DNA of 32,000 bases from Gammaproteobacteria bacterium (GTDB taxonomy: Bacteria; Pseudomonadota; Gammaproteobacteria; DSM-19610). Shown here piece by piece: positions 1-13,130 of this stretch. The stretch is taken from NCBI GenBank assembly GCA_011371465.1, contig DRQL01000280.1:1959-33958 (forward strand), given 5' to 3'. The notes beneath the pieces were generated by a model. The model was not told the DNA's origin. It did no database searches and was given only the letters and a program-made list of their open reading frames with translations. The number at the start of each line of letters is the position of its first letter. Position 1 is the stretch's first letter. A program made the translations under genes and the position numbers.

Positions 1-3102
<3,102 letters not shown>

Positions 3103-3156
3103 GCACCCTGTGCGCCCGCCAGCAGTAAAACGATTCTAGAAGGCAAGACACCAGTT

Positions 3157-4608
3157 ATGGGAAAACCAACCGGATTCATGGAATACCCGCGCCGGGAGCG
3201 CGGCTACAAACCTGTCGAAGAGCGCATCAAGCACTTTAAAGAGTTTGTAATCCCGTTAAGCGACCAGGAACTCAGCACCCAGGGTGCGCGTTGCATGGAC
3301 TGCGGTATCCCCTTCTGCCACCAGGGCTGCCCGGTGAACAACATCATCCCGGACTGGAATGACCTGGTATGGAAGGGCGAATGGGAGCGCGCCATCAAGG
3401 TATTGCATTCCACCAACAATTTCCCCGAATTCACCGGCCGCATCTGCCCCGCACCCTGCCAGGAAGCCTGCACCCTGAACCTGGAAGGCGAACCGGTCAC
3501 CATCAAGACCATCGAGTGCGCCATTGTCGACAAGGCCTGGGAAAACGGCTGGATCAAGCCATTGCCTGCCGCGCACCAGACCGGCAAAAAAGTCGCGGTG
3601 GTCGGCTCCGGCCCGGCCGGGATGGCCTGCGCGCAACAACTGGGACGCGCCGGTCACGAGGTTACCCTGTTCGAAAAAAATGACCGTATCGGCGGCCTGC
3701 TGCGCTACGGTATCCCCGATTTTAAAATGGACAAGTGCTACATAGACCGGCGCGTCCGGCAGATGGAAGCGGAAGGCGTCACCTTTCGACCGGACTGTAA
3801 CGTGGGCGCCGATATCAGCACGGAAGAACTGCTGAAAAACTTCGATGCCGTTGCCCTGACCGGTGGCTCGGAACAGCCTCGTGATCTCCCGGTACCCGGC
3901 CGTGAACTGGAAGGCGTCTATTTCGCCATGCAGTTCCTGCCCCAGCAAAACCGGCGGGACGCCGGTGACACGGTACCCGCGGACCTGTCCATCACGGCCA
4001 CCGGTAAAAACGTGATCGTCATCGGCGGCGGTGACACCGGCTCGGACTGTATCGGCACTTCAATCCGCCAGGGTTGCAAGTCGGTCACCCAGCTGGAAAT
4101 CCTGCCAAAGCCGCCGGAACAGGAAAACAGGGAACTGACCTGGCCCAACTGGCCCAACAAGATGCGCACCTCCTCTTCACAGGAAGAAGGCGCCAAACGA
4201 GACTGGTCCGTGGCCACCAAAGCGTTCATCGGCAACCACGGCAAAGTGGAAAAAATCCGCTGTGTCCGTGTTGACTGGAGCAAGGACGAACAGGGTGCCT
4301 GGCAAATGAAGGAAATCGAGGGCAGCGAGTTTGAACTCGAGGCCGACCTGATCCTGCTGGCGATGGGTTTTGTTCACCCGGTCCAGGAAGGCCTGCTGAA
4401 TGACCTGGGCGTTGCCTATGATGAACGTGGCAATGTGAAAGGCGATACCGAGGGTGAGAACGCGTACCGGACGTCCATCGACAAGGTGTTTGCCGCCGGT
4501 GACATGCGGCGTGGGCAGTCGCTGGTGGTCTGGGCGATTCGCGAAGGCCGGCAGTGTGCGCGGGCGGTTGATGAATTTTTGATGGGATCTTCGGAGTTGC
4601 CGCGTTAG
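3157..4608 (+). CDS. gltD: Glutamate synthase small (beta) subunit, NADPH-dependent
   Basis: ATG start at 3157. N-terminal Fe-S cysteine clusters ([23 protein letters not shown]), two dinucleotide folds ([25 protein letters not shown]) and a C-terminal [21 protein letters not shown] motif. Position immediately after gltB. Confidence 0.96.
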   Translation: MGKPTGFMEYPRRERGYKPVEERIKHFKEFVIPLSDQELSTQGARCMDCGIPFCHQGCPVNNIIPDWNDLVWKGEWERAIKVLHSTNNFPEFTGRICPAPCQEACTLNLEGEPVTIKTIECAIVDKAWENGWIKPLPAAHQTGKKVAVVGSGPAGMACAQQLGRAGHEVTLFEKNDRIGGLLRYGIPDFKMDKCYIDRRVRQMEAEGVTFRPDCNVGADISTEELLKNFDAVALTGGSEQPRDLPVPGRELEGVYFAMQFLPQQNRRDAGDTVPADLSITATGKNVIVIGGGDTGSDCIGTSIRQGCKSVTQLEILPKPPEQENRELTWPNWPNKMRTSSSQEEGAKRDWSVATKAFIGNHGKVEKIRCVRVDWSKDEQGAWQMKEIEGSEFELEADLILLAMGFVHPVQEGLLNDLGVAYDERGNVKGDTEGENAYRTSIDKVFAAGDMRRGQSLVVWAIREGRQCARAVDEFLMGSSELPR

Positions 4609-4651
4609 TAACGCCTTGCGTCTGAAACGTGCGCTCTTTTACACCTGGGCA

Positions 4652-4838
4652 AGGGTTGTTCTGTCTGCTTTTCCAGCCGAAGGTTTGCCCGCTGCGCGGG
4701 TGCCCTGCGCTTCTCGACATTTTGCGCGCTCGCTGAACTCGCGAATCTTCGATTCGCTCAGACAGACGCTCGCTCTATCGCAAAATGTCTGCGATGCTCG
4801 GCTGCACCTACGGCTTGAAAAGCAACGACCACAACCCT
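4652..4838 (+). repeat. Palindromic three-helix repeat element, copy A (REP/MITE-like, unclassified)
   Basis: An outer imperfect inverted repeat (4652-4683 / 4807-4838) flanks box1 (33 nt, 4684-4716) and box2 (18 nt, 4789-4806). Inside are an 11-bp stem (4716-4726 / 4779-4789) and a 7-bp hairpin (4741-4757) next to box3 (4756-4765). The boxes are identical to those of copy B in the opposite orientation. Confidence 0.75.
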
Positions 4839-4965
4839 CAACCAACCATTTGGCGCGAATGAACAATCACACCCGACAAAACCCGAACGAAGCCGCTCAC
4901 TGTTGCCCCTGGCTACAGCGATCCACTCGAAACTTTCCGGGTTTCACGGGCGCATGAATGCCCAG

Positions 4966-5160
4966 CTTGTCCGGGTAGTGCTTTCACGCCCGTTGATGCA
5001 GCCGAGCATCGCAGCACAAAACGGAAGAAGCCAGCCAACTGTCTGAGCAGACCGCGTTTTTTGCGGTCTGTGAGTTTTGGCAGGCGCCGTTTTGTGCGAG
5101 AAGCGCAGGGCACCCGCGCAGCGGGCAAATCATCGGGCGTGAAAGCACTATCCGGACAAG
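4966..5160 (-). repeat. Palindromic three-helix repeat element, copy B (inverted relative to copy A)
   Basis: Outer inverted repeat of 31 bp with 2 mismatches (4966-4996 / 5130-5160). Reverse complements of box2 (4997-5014), box3 (5039-5048) and box1 (5097-5129) are present. An 11-bp stem (5014-5024 / 5087-5097) and an 8-bp hairpin (5048-5055 / 5063-5070) sit at the same relative positions as in copy A. Confidence 0.75.
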
Positions 5161-5210
5161 CAAACCAGTCCTGTAGAATTCACCCTGACAACCGGGTTTA
5201 ATACACCACC

Positions 5211-6275
5211 ATGACCAAATTGAAAAATGACCGTTTTCTGAGAGCCCTGCTACGCCAGCCCGTCGATGTCACGCCCGTATGGATGATGCGCCAGGCCGGC
5301 CGTTACCTGCCCGAATACCGGGAAACCCGTAAAAAGGCCGGCAGCTTCATGGACCTGTGCACCAACCCGGAACTGGCCTGCGAAGTCACGCTGCAGCCGC
5401 TGGAACGCTTTCCGCTCGACGCCGCCATCCTGTTCTCAGACATCCTGACCATCCCCGACGCCATGGGACTGGGGCTGTATTTTGCCGAAGGCGAAGGGCC
5501 GCGTTTCGAACGCCCGATCCGGGACGAAAAACAGATCGAAGCGCTGGGTGTTCCCGACCCGGAAAGCGAACTGCGCTACGTCATGGACGCCGTGCGCACC
5601 ATCCGCCGCGAACTGGACGGACGGGTACCCCTGATCGGCTTTTCCGGTAGTCCCTGGACGCTGGCAACCTACATGGTGGAAGGCTCCTCCAGCAAGGACT
5701 TCCCCACCATCAAGGCCATGCTGTACGAACGCCCGGAGCTGCTGGACAAATTACTGGATACCGTTTCCCGATCCGTGGCGCTCTACCTGAACGCCCAGAT
5801 CGAAGCGGGCGCCCAGACGGTCATGATTTTCGACACCTGGGGCGGCGCACTGACCCCGGCGGACTACTGCCGCTTTTCACTGCAACCCATGGAACGCATC
5901 ATCCGCTCACTGAAACGCGAAAATGACGGCCGCAAGGTGCCGGTCATCCTGTTCACCAAAAACGGCGGGCAATGGCTGGAAGCCATGACCGACACCGGCG
6001 CCGATGCACTGGGACTGGACTGGACCACGGACCTGGCCGACGCCCGGCGCCGGGTCGGCGACCAGGTTGCCCTGCAGGGTAACCTCGATCCGTCCGTACT
6101 GTACGCGTCACCGGACACCATTCGTGCACAGGTTGCAAAGGTGCTGGCCAGTTTCGGTAAGGGAGACGGGCACGTCTTCAACCTGGGACACGGCATTCAC
6201 CCTGGCATCAACCCCGAGCACGCCGGCGCCATGATCGAAGCCGTGCACGACCTCAGCCGCGAGTACCACCCGTAG
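5211..6275 (+). CDS. hemE: Uroporphyrinogen decarboxylase
   Basis: ATG start. The N-terminus [33 protein letters not shown] is the canonical HemE signature. Length of 354 aa is typical. The gltBD-hemE order matches Pseudomonas-type synteny. Confidence 0.96.
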   Translation: MTKLKNDRFLRALLRQPVDVTPVWMMRQAGRYLPEYRETRKKAGSFMDLCTNPELACEVTLQPLERFPLDAAILFSDILTIPDAMGLGLYFAEGEGPRFERPIRDEKQIEALGVPDPESELRYVMDAVRTIRRELDGRVPLIGFSGSPWTLATYMVEGSSSKDFPTIKAMLYERPELLDKLLDTVSRSVALYLNAQIEAGAQTVMIFDTWGGALTPADYCRFSLQPMERIIRSLKRENDGRKVPVILFTKNGGQWLEAMTDTGADALGLDWTTDLADARRRVGDQVALQGNLDPSVLYASPDTIRAQVAKVLASFGKGDGHVFNLGHGIHPGINPEHAGAMIEAVHDLSREYHP

Positions 6276-6349
6276 GAACGGTCCCCTGACCACGAAAACC
6301 GGTATTCCTCCAGCAAACACCCTGATAAGTGACCGGCCCGTATCCGGGT

Positions 6350-7228
6350 TCAGCGCACTTCGCTTAACAACGATTCCATCATACCCTGCGCCTGGGAAAG
6401 ATAACCCCCGCCGAACAGGTTGAAGTGGTTCAGCACGTGGTAGAGGTTGTACAGGGTTCTGCGCAACGGATAGCCATCTTCCAGCGGCCAGGCATTTTGG
6501 TAGGCGGCGTAGAAATCCCGGCTGAACCCCCCGAATAATTCAGTCATCGCCAGGTCGGCTTCGCGGTCACCGAAGTAGACGGCAGGATCAAAGATGGTTG
6601 GCCGACCATCGCGTGTATACGCGTAGTTACCGGACCACAGGTCACCGTGCAGCAGCGACGGCTGCGGGTCGTGCCCATCCAGCAGGGCCGGCAACTGTGC
6701 CAGCAGCTGCTCGCCGGTATCAAGGCTTCGCGCCGGCGCCCCGTTACGCGCAGCCAAACGCAACTGAAAGGCCAGCCGGTGCTCGCGCCAGAAAGTCAGC
6801 CAGTCCGTCTCCGGCGTATTGACCTGCGCTGTCGAACCGATGGTGTTGTCGCGGTGCCAGCCGAAACGGGTCGACCCGACCCTGTGAATAGCGGCCAGTC
6901 CCTCGGCCAGCGCGGTTGCGCTGCCGGACCCGCCGGTTTCCAGGTACTCCATCACCAACCAGGCCTGCCGTCCATCCTGCCCGTGACACAGTGGACGTGG
7001 AATACACAGTGCGTCTGCCTTGCGCAGCGCTTCCAGCCCTTCCGCCTCGGCTGCAAACATATCGAGCCGGTCCGCGCTATTCAGTTTTACGAACCAGGCA
7101 TGTGACCCGGAGTGGACGCGGCAGGACTGGTTGATAGAACCACCGCCAACCGACCGGGGCGTGGAAAGCGGTACCGGTTCACCCAGCACCTCCTGCAGTT
7201 GCTTTTCAATGGCTTGCCAGACAGACAC
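6350..7228 (-). CDS. Fructosamine/ketosamine kinase family protein (YniA-like)
   Basis: GTG start at 7228. The N-terminus MSVWQAIEKQLQEVLG resembles E. coli YniA (MWQAISRLLSEQLG). The kinase catalytic region PSLLHGDLWSGN...FDPAVYFGDREADLAM is diagnostic of the family. Confidence 0.88.
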   Translation of the reverse strand: MSVWQAIEKQLQEVLGEPVPLSTPRSVGGGSINQSCRVHSGSHAWFVKLNSADRLDMFAAEAEGLEALRKADALCIPRPLCHGQDGRQAWLVMEYLETGGSGSATALAEGLAAIHRVGSTRFGWHRDNTIGSTAQVNTPETDWLTFWREHRLAFQLRLAARNGAPARSLDTGEQLLAQLPALLDGHDPQPSLLHGDLWSGNYAYTRDGRPTIFDPAVYFGDREADLAMTELFGGFSRDFYAAYQNAWPLEDGYPLRRTLYNLYHVLNHFNLFGGGYLSQAQGMMESLLSEVR

Positions 7229-7315
7229 CTGTTCACCGTTATCAACCGGGCGGGCCGCACGCCATGCAGCCTGGCCCGCGGGAGTAACTTGCAGACCGCG
7301 AACAGCGGGCGGAAT

Positions 7316-7915
7316 TCAGGCCAGCAGTTTCAGGCGCGCGTGCATCAGGCTGCGACGCGGAAAATGCGCCCTGAGAAATTCCATCTGGTCCGCCAGCACG
7401 CGTTTGCCCTGCAGGTAGATGTACTCGGCGTGCGTCGGGGTGAAAGGCACCGCCAGCAGTTCCATGTGCGCCTGCTCCGGGCTGCGGCCGGCCTTGTGGT
7501 TGTTGCAGCGCCGGCAGGCCGTCACCACGTTGGTCCAGACATCCTGCCCGTTCTGGCTGATTGGCGTGACATGATCGCGCGACAGGTCGCGGCTCTGGAA
7601 GCGATCCCCGCAGTACATGCACAGGTGGGCGTCACGCTTGAACAGGGCCGGGTTGTTGAGCGGAGGGACATAGCGATCACGGTTCCTGATCAGTACCTTG
7701 TTACTGCCGTAGGTCGCGATAATGGAGTTGACGTCGATACGGCTCTGGCGCCCGGTCAGGGCACAGATACCGCCGTGCACTCGGTACAACAGGCTGCCGC
7801 AGCTGTACGCCACCTGGTCCAGGTGGTACAGGCGCACCGCTTCCTGGTAATTGATCCATTCCAGCGGCATGCCGGACGCATCGGTACGCAGGACCTGTTG
7901 ATGCAAATCGTACAC
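7316..7915 (-). CDS. HNH endonuclease family protein with an uncharacterised ~100-aa N-terminal region
   Basis: GTG start at 7915, preceded by GGGAGG with a 6-nt spacer. HNH/zinc motif: CMYCG...SRDHVTPISQNG...NVVTACRRCNNHKAGR. Confidence 0.85.
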   Translation of the reverse strand: MYDLHQQVLRTDASGMPLEWINYQEAVRLYHLDQVAYSCGSLLYRVHGGICALTGRQSRIDVNSIIATYGSNKVLIRNRDRYVPPLNNPALFKRDAHLCMYCGDRFQSRDLSRDHVTPISQNGQDVWTNVVTACRRCNNHKAGRSPEQAHMELLAVPFTPTHAEYIYLQGKRVLADQMEFLRAHFPRRSLMHARLKLLA

Positions 7916-8158
7916 GTTAGGCCTCCCAATACACGGGTTTGTCCATTTATCCCAAATAATCCTCGGGTTGTAAACAGTCAGACAGCTGGATTCCCGATTT
8001 TGTCACCTTTTGCGGACATTTCATCACTGCCTGGAATCCGCTATCATGCCGCCTTTTGCGGGTTTCAGCCCCTTTACGGGCCTGAACCGGCCCGGATTGA
8101 CTAAAAGCTGCGGCCGCACCGAGCGAGCGGCGGCCGGATTGCGCTGGAGAATCTACAG

Positions 8159-9292
8159 ATGCCGATACGTTTGGGCGTGCCCAAAGAAATCGAACCGGGT
8201 GAACGCCGGGTAGCGCTGGTACCCTCTGTCGCCGAACGCTTTCACCGGCTGGGCGTGGAAGTGCTGCTGGAAACCGGCGCCGGTACCGGCAGTTATCACC
8301 CGGACAGCAGCTACGAGCAGGTCACGGTCGTCGACAGTGCCAGCGAGCTGTACCGGCAGGCGGACCTGATCCTCAAGATCCAGCCGCCCACAGAAGCCGA
8401 AATCGAACAGATCCGCGCAGGCGCTACCATCGCCGGCATGATGCAGCCCTACCGCTACCCGGAACGGGTACGGCTGTTGCGCGATCGCAAAATACTCGCC
8501 TTCGGCATGGAACTGGTGCCCCGCATCTCCCGCGCCCAGAGCATGGATGTATTGTCTTCCCAGGCCTCGATCGCGGGCTACAAGGCCGTGCTGATGGCCG
8601 CCAACCGCTACGGCGGATTCTTTCCCATGCTGACCACCGCGGCCGGCACCATCCGTCCGGCAAAGGTGCTGGTCATCGGGGCCGGGGTTGCCGGCCTGCA
8701 GGCCATCGCTACAGCCAAGCGACTGGGCGCCATGGTCGAGGGCTACGACGTGCGCGGCGCCACCCGGGAACAGGTCGAATCACTGGGTGCCAAGTTCGTC
8801 GATACCGGCGTTTCCGCCGACGGCGCGGGGGGCTACGCCCGCGAGTTGACCGAGGAAGAGAAACAGCAGCAGCAGAGCGTGCTGGAAAAACACATCGCCG
8901 CAGCCGATGTAGTCGTCACGACGGCGGCCATTCCCGGCCGGCCGTCACCGAAGATCATCAGCAAGACCATTGTCGAAGAGATGAAACCGGGCGCGGTCAT
9001 TATCGATCTGGCGGCAGAAGGCGGCGGCAACTGCGAAGTGACCGAAGCCGGCAAACAGGTCAACCACCAGGATGTCATCGTCTACGGCCCGCTGAATGTA
9101 CCCAGTGAGCTGCCGGTACACGCGTCCGAGATGTATGCCCGGAACCTGCTCAATTTCCTCACCCCCATGATCGAGGACGGCGAGTTCAAACCGGACTGGG
9201 ACGATGAAGTCATTGCCGACAGCACCCTGACCCGGGACGGGGAGATCAAACACGCGGCGACCCGCGAACAGGTCGAGGGATCAGCATCATGA
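8159..9292 (+). CDS. pntAA: NAD(P) transhydrogenase alpha subunit, part 1 (dI domain)
   Basis: ATG start. Alanine-dehydrogenase/PNT fold with VLVIGAGVAGLQAIATAKRLGA (Rossmann motif). The stop overlaps the next start (ATGA at 9289-9292). Confidence 0.95.
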   Translation: MPIRLGVPKEIEPGERRVALVPSVAERFHRLGVEVLLETGAGTGSYHPDSSYEQVTVVDSASELYRQADLILKIQPPTEAEIEQIRAGATIAGMMQPYRYPERVRLLRDRKILAFGMELVPRISRAQSMDVLSSQASIAGYKAVLMAANRYGGFFPMLTTAAGTIRPAKVLVIGAGVAGLQAIATAKRLGAMVEGYDVRGATREQVESLGAKFVDTGVSADGAGGYARELTEEEKQQQQSVLEKHIAAADVVVTTAAIPGRPSPKIISKTIVEEMKPGAVIIDLAAEGGGNCEVTEAGKQVNHQDVIVYGPLNVPSELPVHASEMYARNLLNFLTPMIEDGEFKPDWDDEVIADSTLTRDGEIKHAATREQVEGSAS

Positions 9293-9579
9293 TCGAAGGT
9301 TTCACTGCGCTGTATATCTTCATGCTGGCCGGTTTTACCGGTTACGAAATCATTTCCCGGGTACCGGTCATCCTGCACACCCCGCTGATGTCCGGTTCCA
9401 ACTTCGTGCACGGCATCGTACTGGTCGGTGCAATGGTCGCGCTGGGACACGCCGAAACGGACATGGAGGTGCTGGTCGGCTTCATCGGTGTGCTGCTGGG
9501 CGCCGGCAACGCGGTGGGCGGCTACGTGGTCACCGAACGCATGCTGGAAATGTTCAAGAGCAGCAAGGAGGCCGGATAA
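9289..9579 (+). CDS. pntAB: NAD(P) transhydrogenase alpha subunit, part 2 (membrane dII segment)
   Basis: A 96-aa hydrophobic protein (SGSNFVHGIVLVGA motif), translationally coupled between pntAA and pntB. This is the split-alpha arrangement. Confidence 0.92.
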   Translation: MIEGFTALYIFMLAGFTGYEIISRVPVILHTPLMSGSNFVHGIVLVGAMVALGHAETDMEVLVGFIGVLLGAGNAVGGYVVTERMLEMFKSSKEAG

Positions 9580-10953
<1,374 letters not shown>

Positions 10954-11046
10954 CCCGCATTTCTCACCGACTTCCTGCTGCGGCGGCGCCAGACTGTAAA
11001 AGATTGCCGCGCTACGCTCGCAATGACGCTGGACCTGCCAAACCCC

Positions 11047-12036
11047 TCAGGCCAGGAACTTCCCGCTGCGCAGGCGCTGTGCCTCCATTTTTTCCAGCTC
11101 CCGGGCTCCCGAGATCACCACGTTCGGATCGGGGACGAAATCCAGTTCCTCGTCGAGGCGCTGGTAGGGAACGGAGTTCAGGATCACCTTCATGGCGTTC
11201 AGCCGGGCCTGGTGCTTGTCGTTGGAGCGGATGATCTTCCAGGGCGCATGCGTAGTATGGGTTTTCTTGAGCATCTCGTATTTCACGTTGGTGAAATCAT
11301 CCCACCGCTCCTGGGCCTGCAGGTCCACCTCGCTCAGTTTCCACTGGCGTAACGGATCCGTCTTGCGCCGTTCGAAACGCCGGTCCTGTTCTTCCTTGGT
11401 GACACTGAAATAGAGCTTGATGAGAATCGTCCCCTGGCGCACCAGGTCCTTTTCGAACCCGCTTACGCCGCGCATGAAATTCTTGTATTCCTTGTCGCTG
11501 CAAAACCCGAATACCGGCTCTACCATTGCCCGGTTGTACCAGCTGCGGTCAAACAACACGACTTCGCCACCGCGCGGAAACTGCTGGATATATTTCTGGA
11601 AATACCACTGGGTCTTCTCATGTTCGGTAGGTTTCGCCAGTGCCACCACGCGGTAATGCTTTTCGTTCATGTAACGGGTAACGCGGCGAATGGTGCCTCC
11701 CTTGCCCGCGGCATCCCGCCCCTCGAACAGGATAATCATGCGGGTCCCGCTTTCTTCCAGGTATTGCTGCATCCGGATCAGCTCGGCCTGGAACGGTTTG
11801 AGTTCTTCCTCGCGCAGAAAACGGCGTAATGCTTTCTTCTTCATCGCCTTGAGGCTCATTTCCTGCGGTTCCGGTTCCGCTTCCAGCTCCCGCTCCAGCG
11901 CATCCACTTCCTGCTCCAGCTCCTGCTGCAGGCCAGCCTGCCGGAGCCGGTTGTCCCGCATTGTCGGCAACTGTTCGATATTGTCGGGCACGGCCTCGAG
12001 TTGCGGGGACTCTGAATCTGGCTGATTTTCAATCAT
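11047..12036 (-). CDS. ppk2: Polyphosphate kinase 2 (single-domain PPK2) with a ~65-aa acidic N-terminal extension
   Basis: ATG start. Walker A FEGRDAAGKGGTI, plus motifs FDRSWYNR and RQWKLSEVD typical of PPK2. Confidence 0.92.
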   Translation of the reverse strand: MIENQPDSESPQLEAVPDNIEQLPTMRDNRLRQAGLQQELEQEVDALERELEAEPEPQEMSLKAMKKKALRRFLREEELKPFQAELIRMQQYLEESGTRMIILFEGRDAAGKGGTIRRVTRYMNEKHYRVVALAKPTEHEKTQWYFQKYIQQFPRGGEVVLFDRSWYNRAMVEPVFGFCSDKEYKNFMRGVSGFEKDLVRQGTILIKLYFSVTKEEQDRRFERRKTDPLRQWKLSEVDLQAQERWDDFTNVKYEMLKKTHTTHAPWKIIRSNDKHQARLNAMKVILNSVPYQRLDEELDFVPDPNVVISGARELEKMEAQRLRSGKFLA

Positions 12037-12252
12037 ATGGACACCTGCTCGTATCTAAGGCCCCGGGTGGCATACACACGGGACAGTGGCTGGACGGAAC
12101 GCGCTGTCAGGGAAACTCTGGTTAACCGGCTTTCCGCCACTCCGGCCTATGCCGGTATGACGAACCAGGCAGACATTCCCTGCATAAAAGCCTACCAGTG
12201 CTGCGACGGCAAGGCATTGACCCAGATCAGCCCGCCTGCCGGCAGCGGGAAC

Positions 12253-13044
12253 TCAGGGATAGATTTCCGGTACAAAGGTCTGATCCGACATGGGTGGCCT
12301 GATATAGCTGCCACCCTCCTTACGCTCCGGTAATTCAATCGCTTCCGGTGTCAGATCCTGGTAGGGAATCAAACTGATGAGATGGGCAATACAGTTCAGG
12401 CGGGCATGTTTTTTTACATCCGAGTTCACCACGTACCAGGGTGCCTGCTTGATGTCCGTGTAGGCGAACATATGGTCCTTGGCCCTGGAATACTCCACCC
12501 AGCGCGAGCGGGACTCGATGTCGATCGGGGACAGTTTCCAGCGCTTGTGCGGCTCCCTGAGGCGACTCTGGAAACGGCGCTCCTGTTCCTCATCGGATAT
12601 GGAGAACCAGTACTTGATCAGGGTAATGCCGGAACGCACCAGCATGCGTTCAAATTCGGGACAGGAACGTAAAAACTCCTCGTATTCCTCGTCGGTGCAG
12701 AAACCCATTACCCGCTCGACCCCGGCCCGGTTGTACCAGCTGCGATCGAACAGCACGATTTCTCCCGCCGCCGGCAAATGCGCGATATAACGCTGAAAAT
12801 ACCACTGGCTTTTCTCGCGTTCGGTAGGTGCAGGAAGTGCGACGGTACGGCATACGCGAGGGTTCAGGTGCTGCGTGATACGCTTGATGACGCCACCCTT
12901 GCCGGCGGCATCACGCCCTTCGAAGATGACCACCACCTTGAGTCCTTCGCTTCTCACCCACTCCTGCAACTTGACAAGCTCCAGCTGCAGCCCGAACAGG
13001 GCCTTCTCATACGTTTTCCGATCGAGTTTCTTTTCCCCGGACAT
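12253..13044 (-). CDS. ppk2: Polyphosphate kinase 2 (single-domain PPK2), second paralog
   Basis: FEGRDAAGKGGVI, FDRSWYNR and KRWKLSPIDIE motifs. I prefer the ATG at 13044 (MSGEKKL...) because AAGGTG lies 6 nt upstream. The ORF-track GTG at 13059 is the alternative start. Confidence 0.9.
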   Translation of the reverse strand: MSGEKKLDRKTYEKALFGLQLELVKLQEWVRSEGLKVVVIFEGRDAAGKGGVIKRITQHLNPRVCRTVALPAPTEREKSQWYFQRYIAHLPAAGEIVLFDRSWYNRAGVERVMGFCTDEEYEEFLRSCPEFERMLVRSGITLIKYWFSISDEEQERRFQSRLREPHKRWKLSPIDIESRSRWVEYSRAKDHMFAYTDIKQAPWYVVNSDVKKHARLNCIAHLISLIPYQDLTPEAIELPERKEGGSYIRPPMSDQTFVPEIYP

Positions 13045-13130
13045 ACCACCCACCTTCACAAACCATTAGCCTGCTATATCTATACCACACTATATACCCG
13101 CAGGGTAAAGGTTGGCACATGGCAGCGGGT

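Noticed and set aside
4616-5128. ORFs 4616..4957(+) and 4913..5128(-) in the gltD-hemE spacer. Both contain the peptide PAARVPCASR.
   Set aside because: The shared peptide is simply box1 of the inverted repeat read in frame on each strand. The ORFs have no SD and no coding-like composition. The region is better explained as structured repeat DNA.
5172-5179. TAGAAT upstream of hemE as a -10 element, with GGACAA as a -35.
   Set aside because: The spacer is only about 14 nt and the -35 match is poor. It is plausible but not supportable from sequence alone.
11009-11017. The 9-mer GCGCTACGC occurs at 11009-11017 and as its reverse complement at 22344-22352, hinting at a second dispersed REP family.
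   Set aside because: Similarity does not extend beyond the 9-mer, and the flanks do not form comparable hairpins. This is compatible with chance in GC-rich DNA, and I cannot test it without the whole genome.
12037-12333. A 98-aa ORF on the + strand in the spacer between the two PPK2 genes.
   Set aside because: It has no SD and no recognisable motif. It runs into the antisense of the upstream PPK2 gene. The spacer more likely holds the promoter of the downstream ppk2.
13113-13127. TGGCAC-ATGGC-AGCG on the + strand, which resembles a sigma54 -24 element.
   Set aside because: The -12 GC is displaced by one position relative to TGGCAC-N5-TTGC. The site also points into the antisense of the DUF3106 gene, with no downstream + strand gene.
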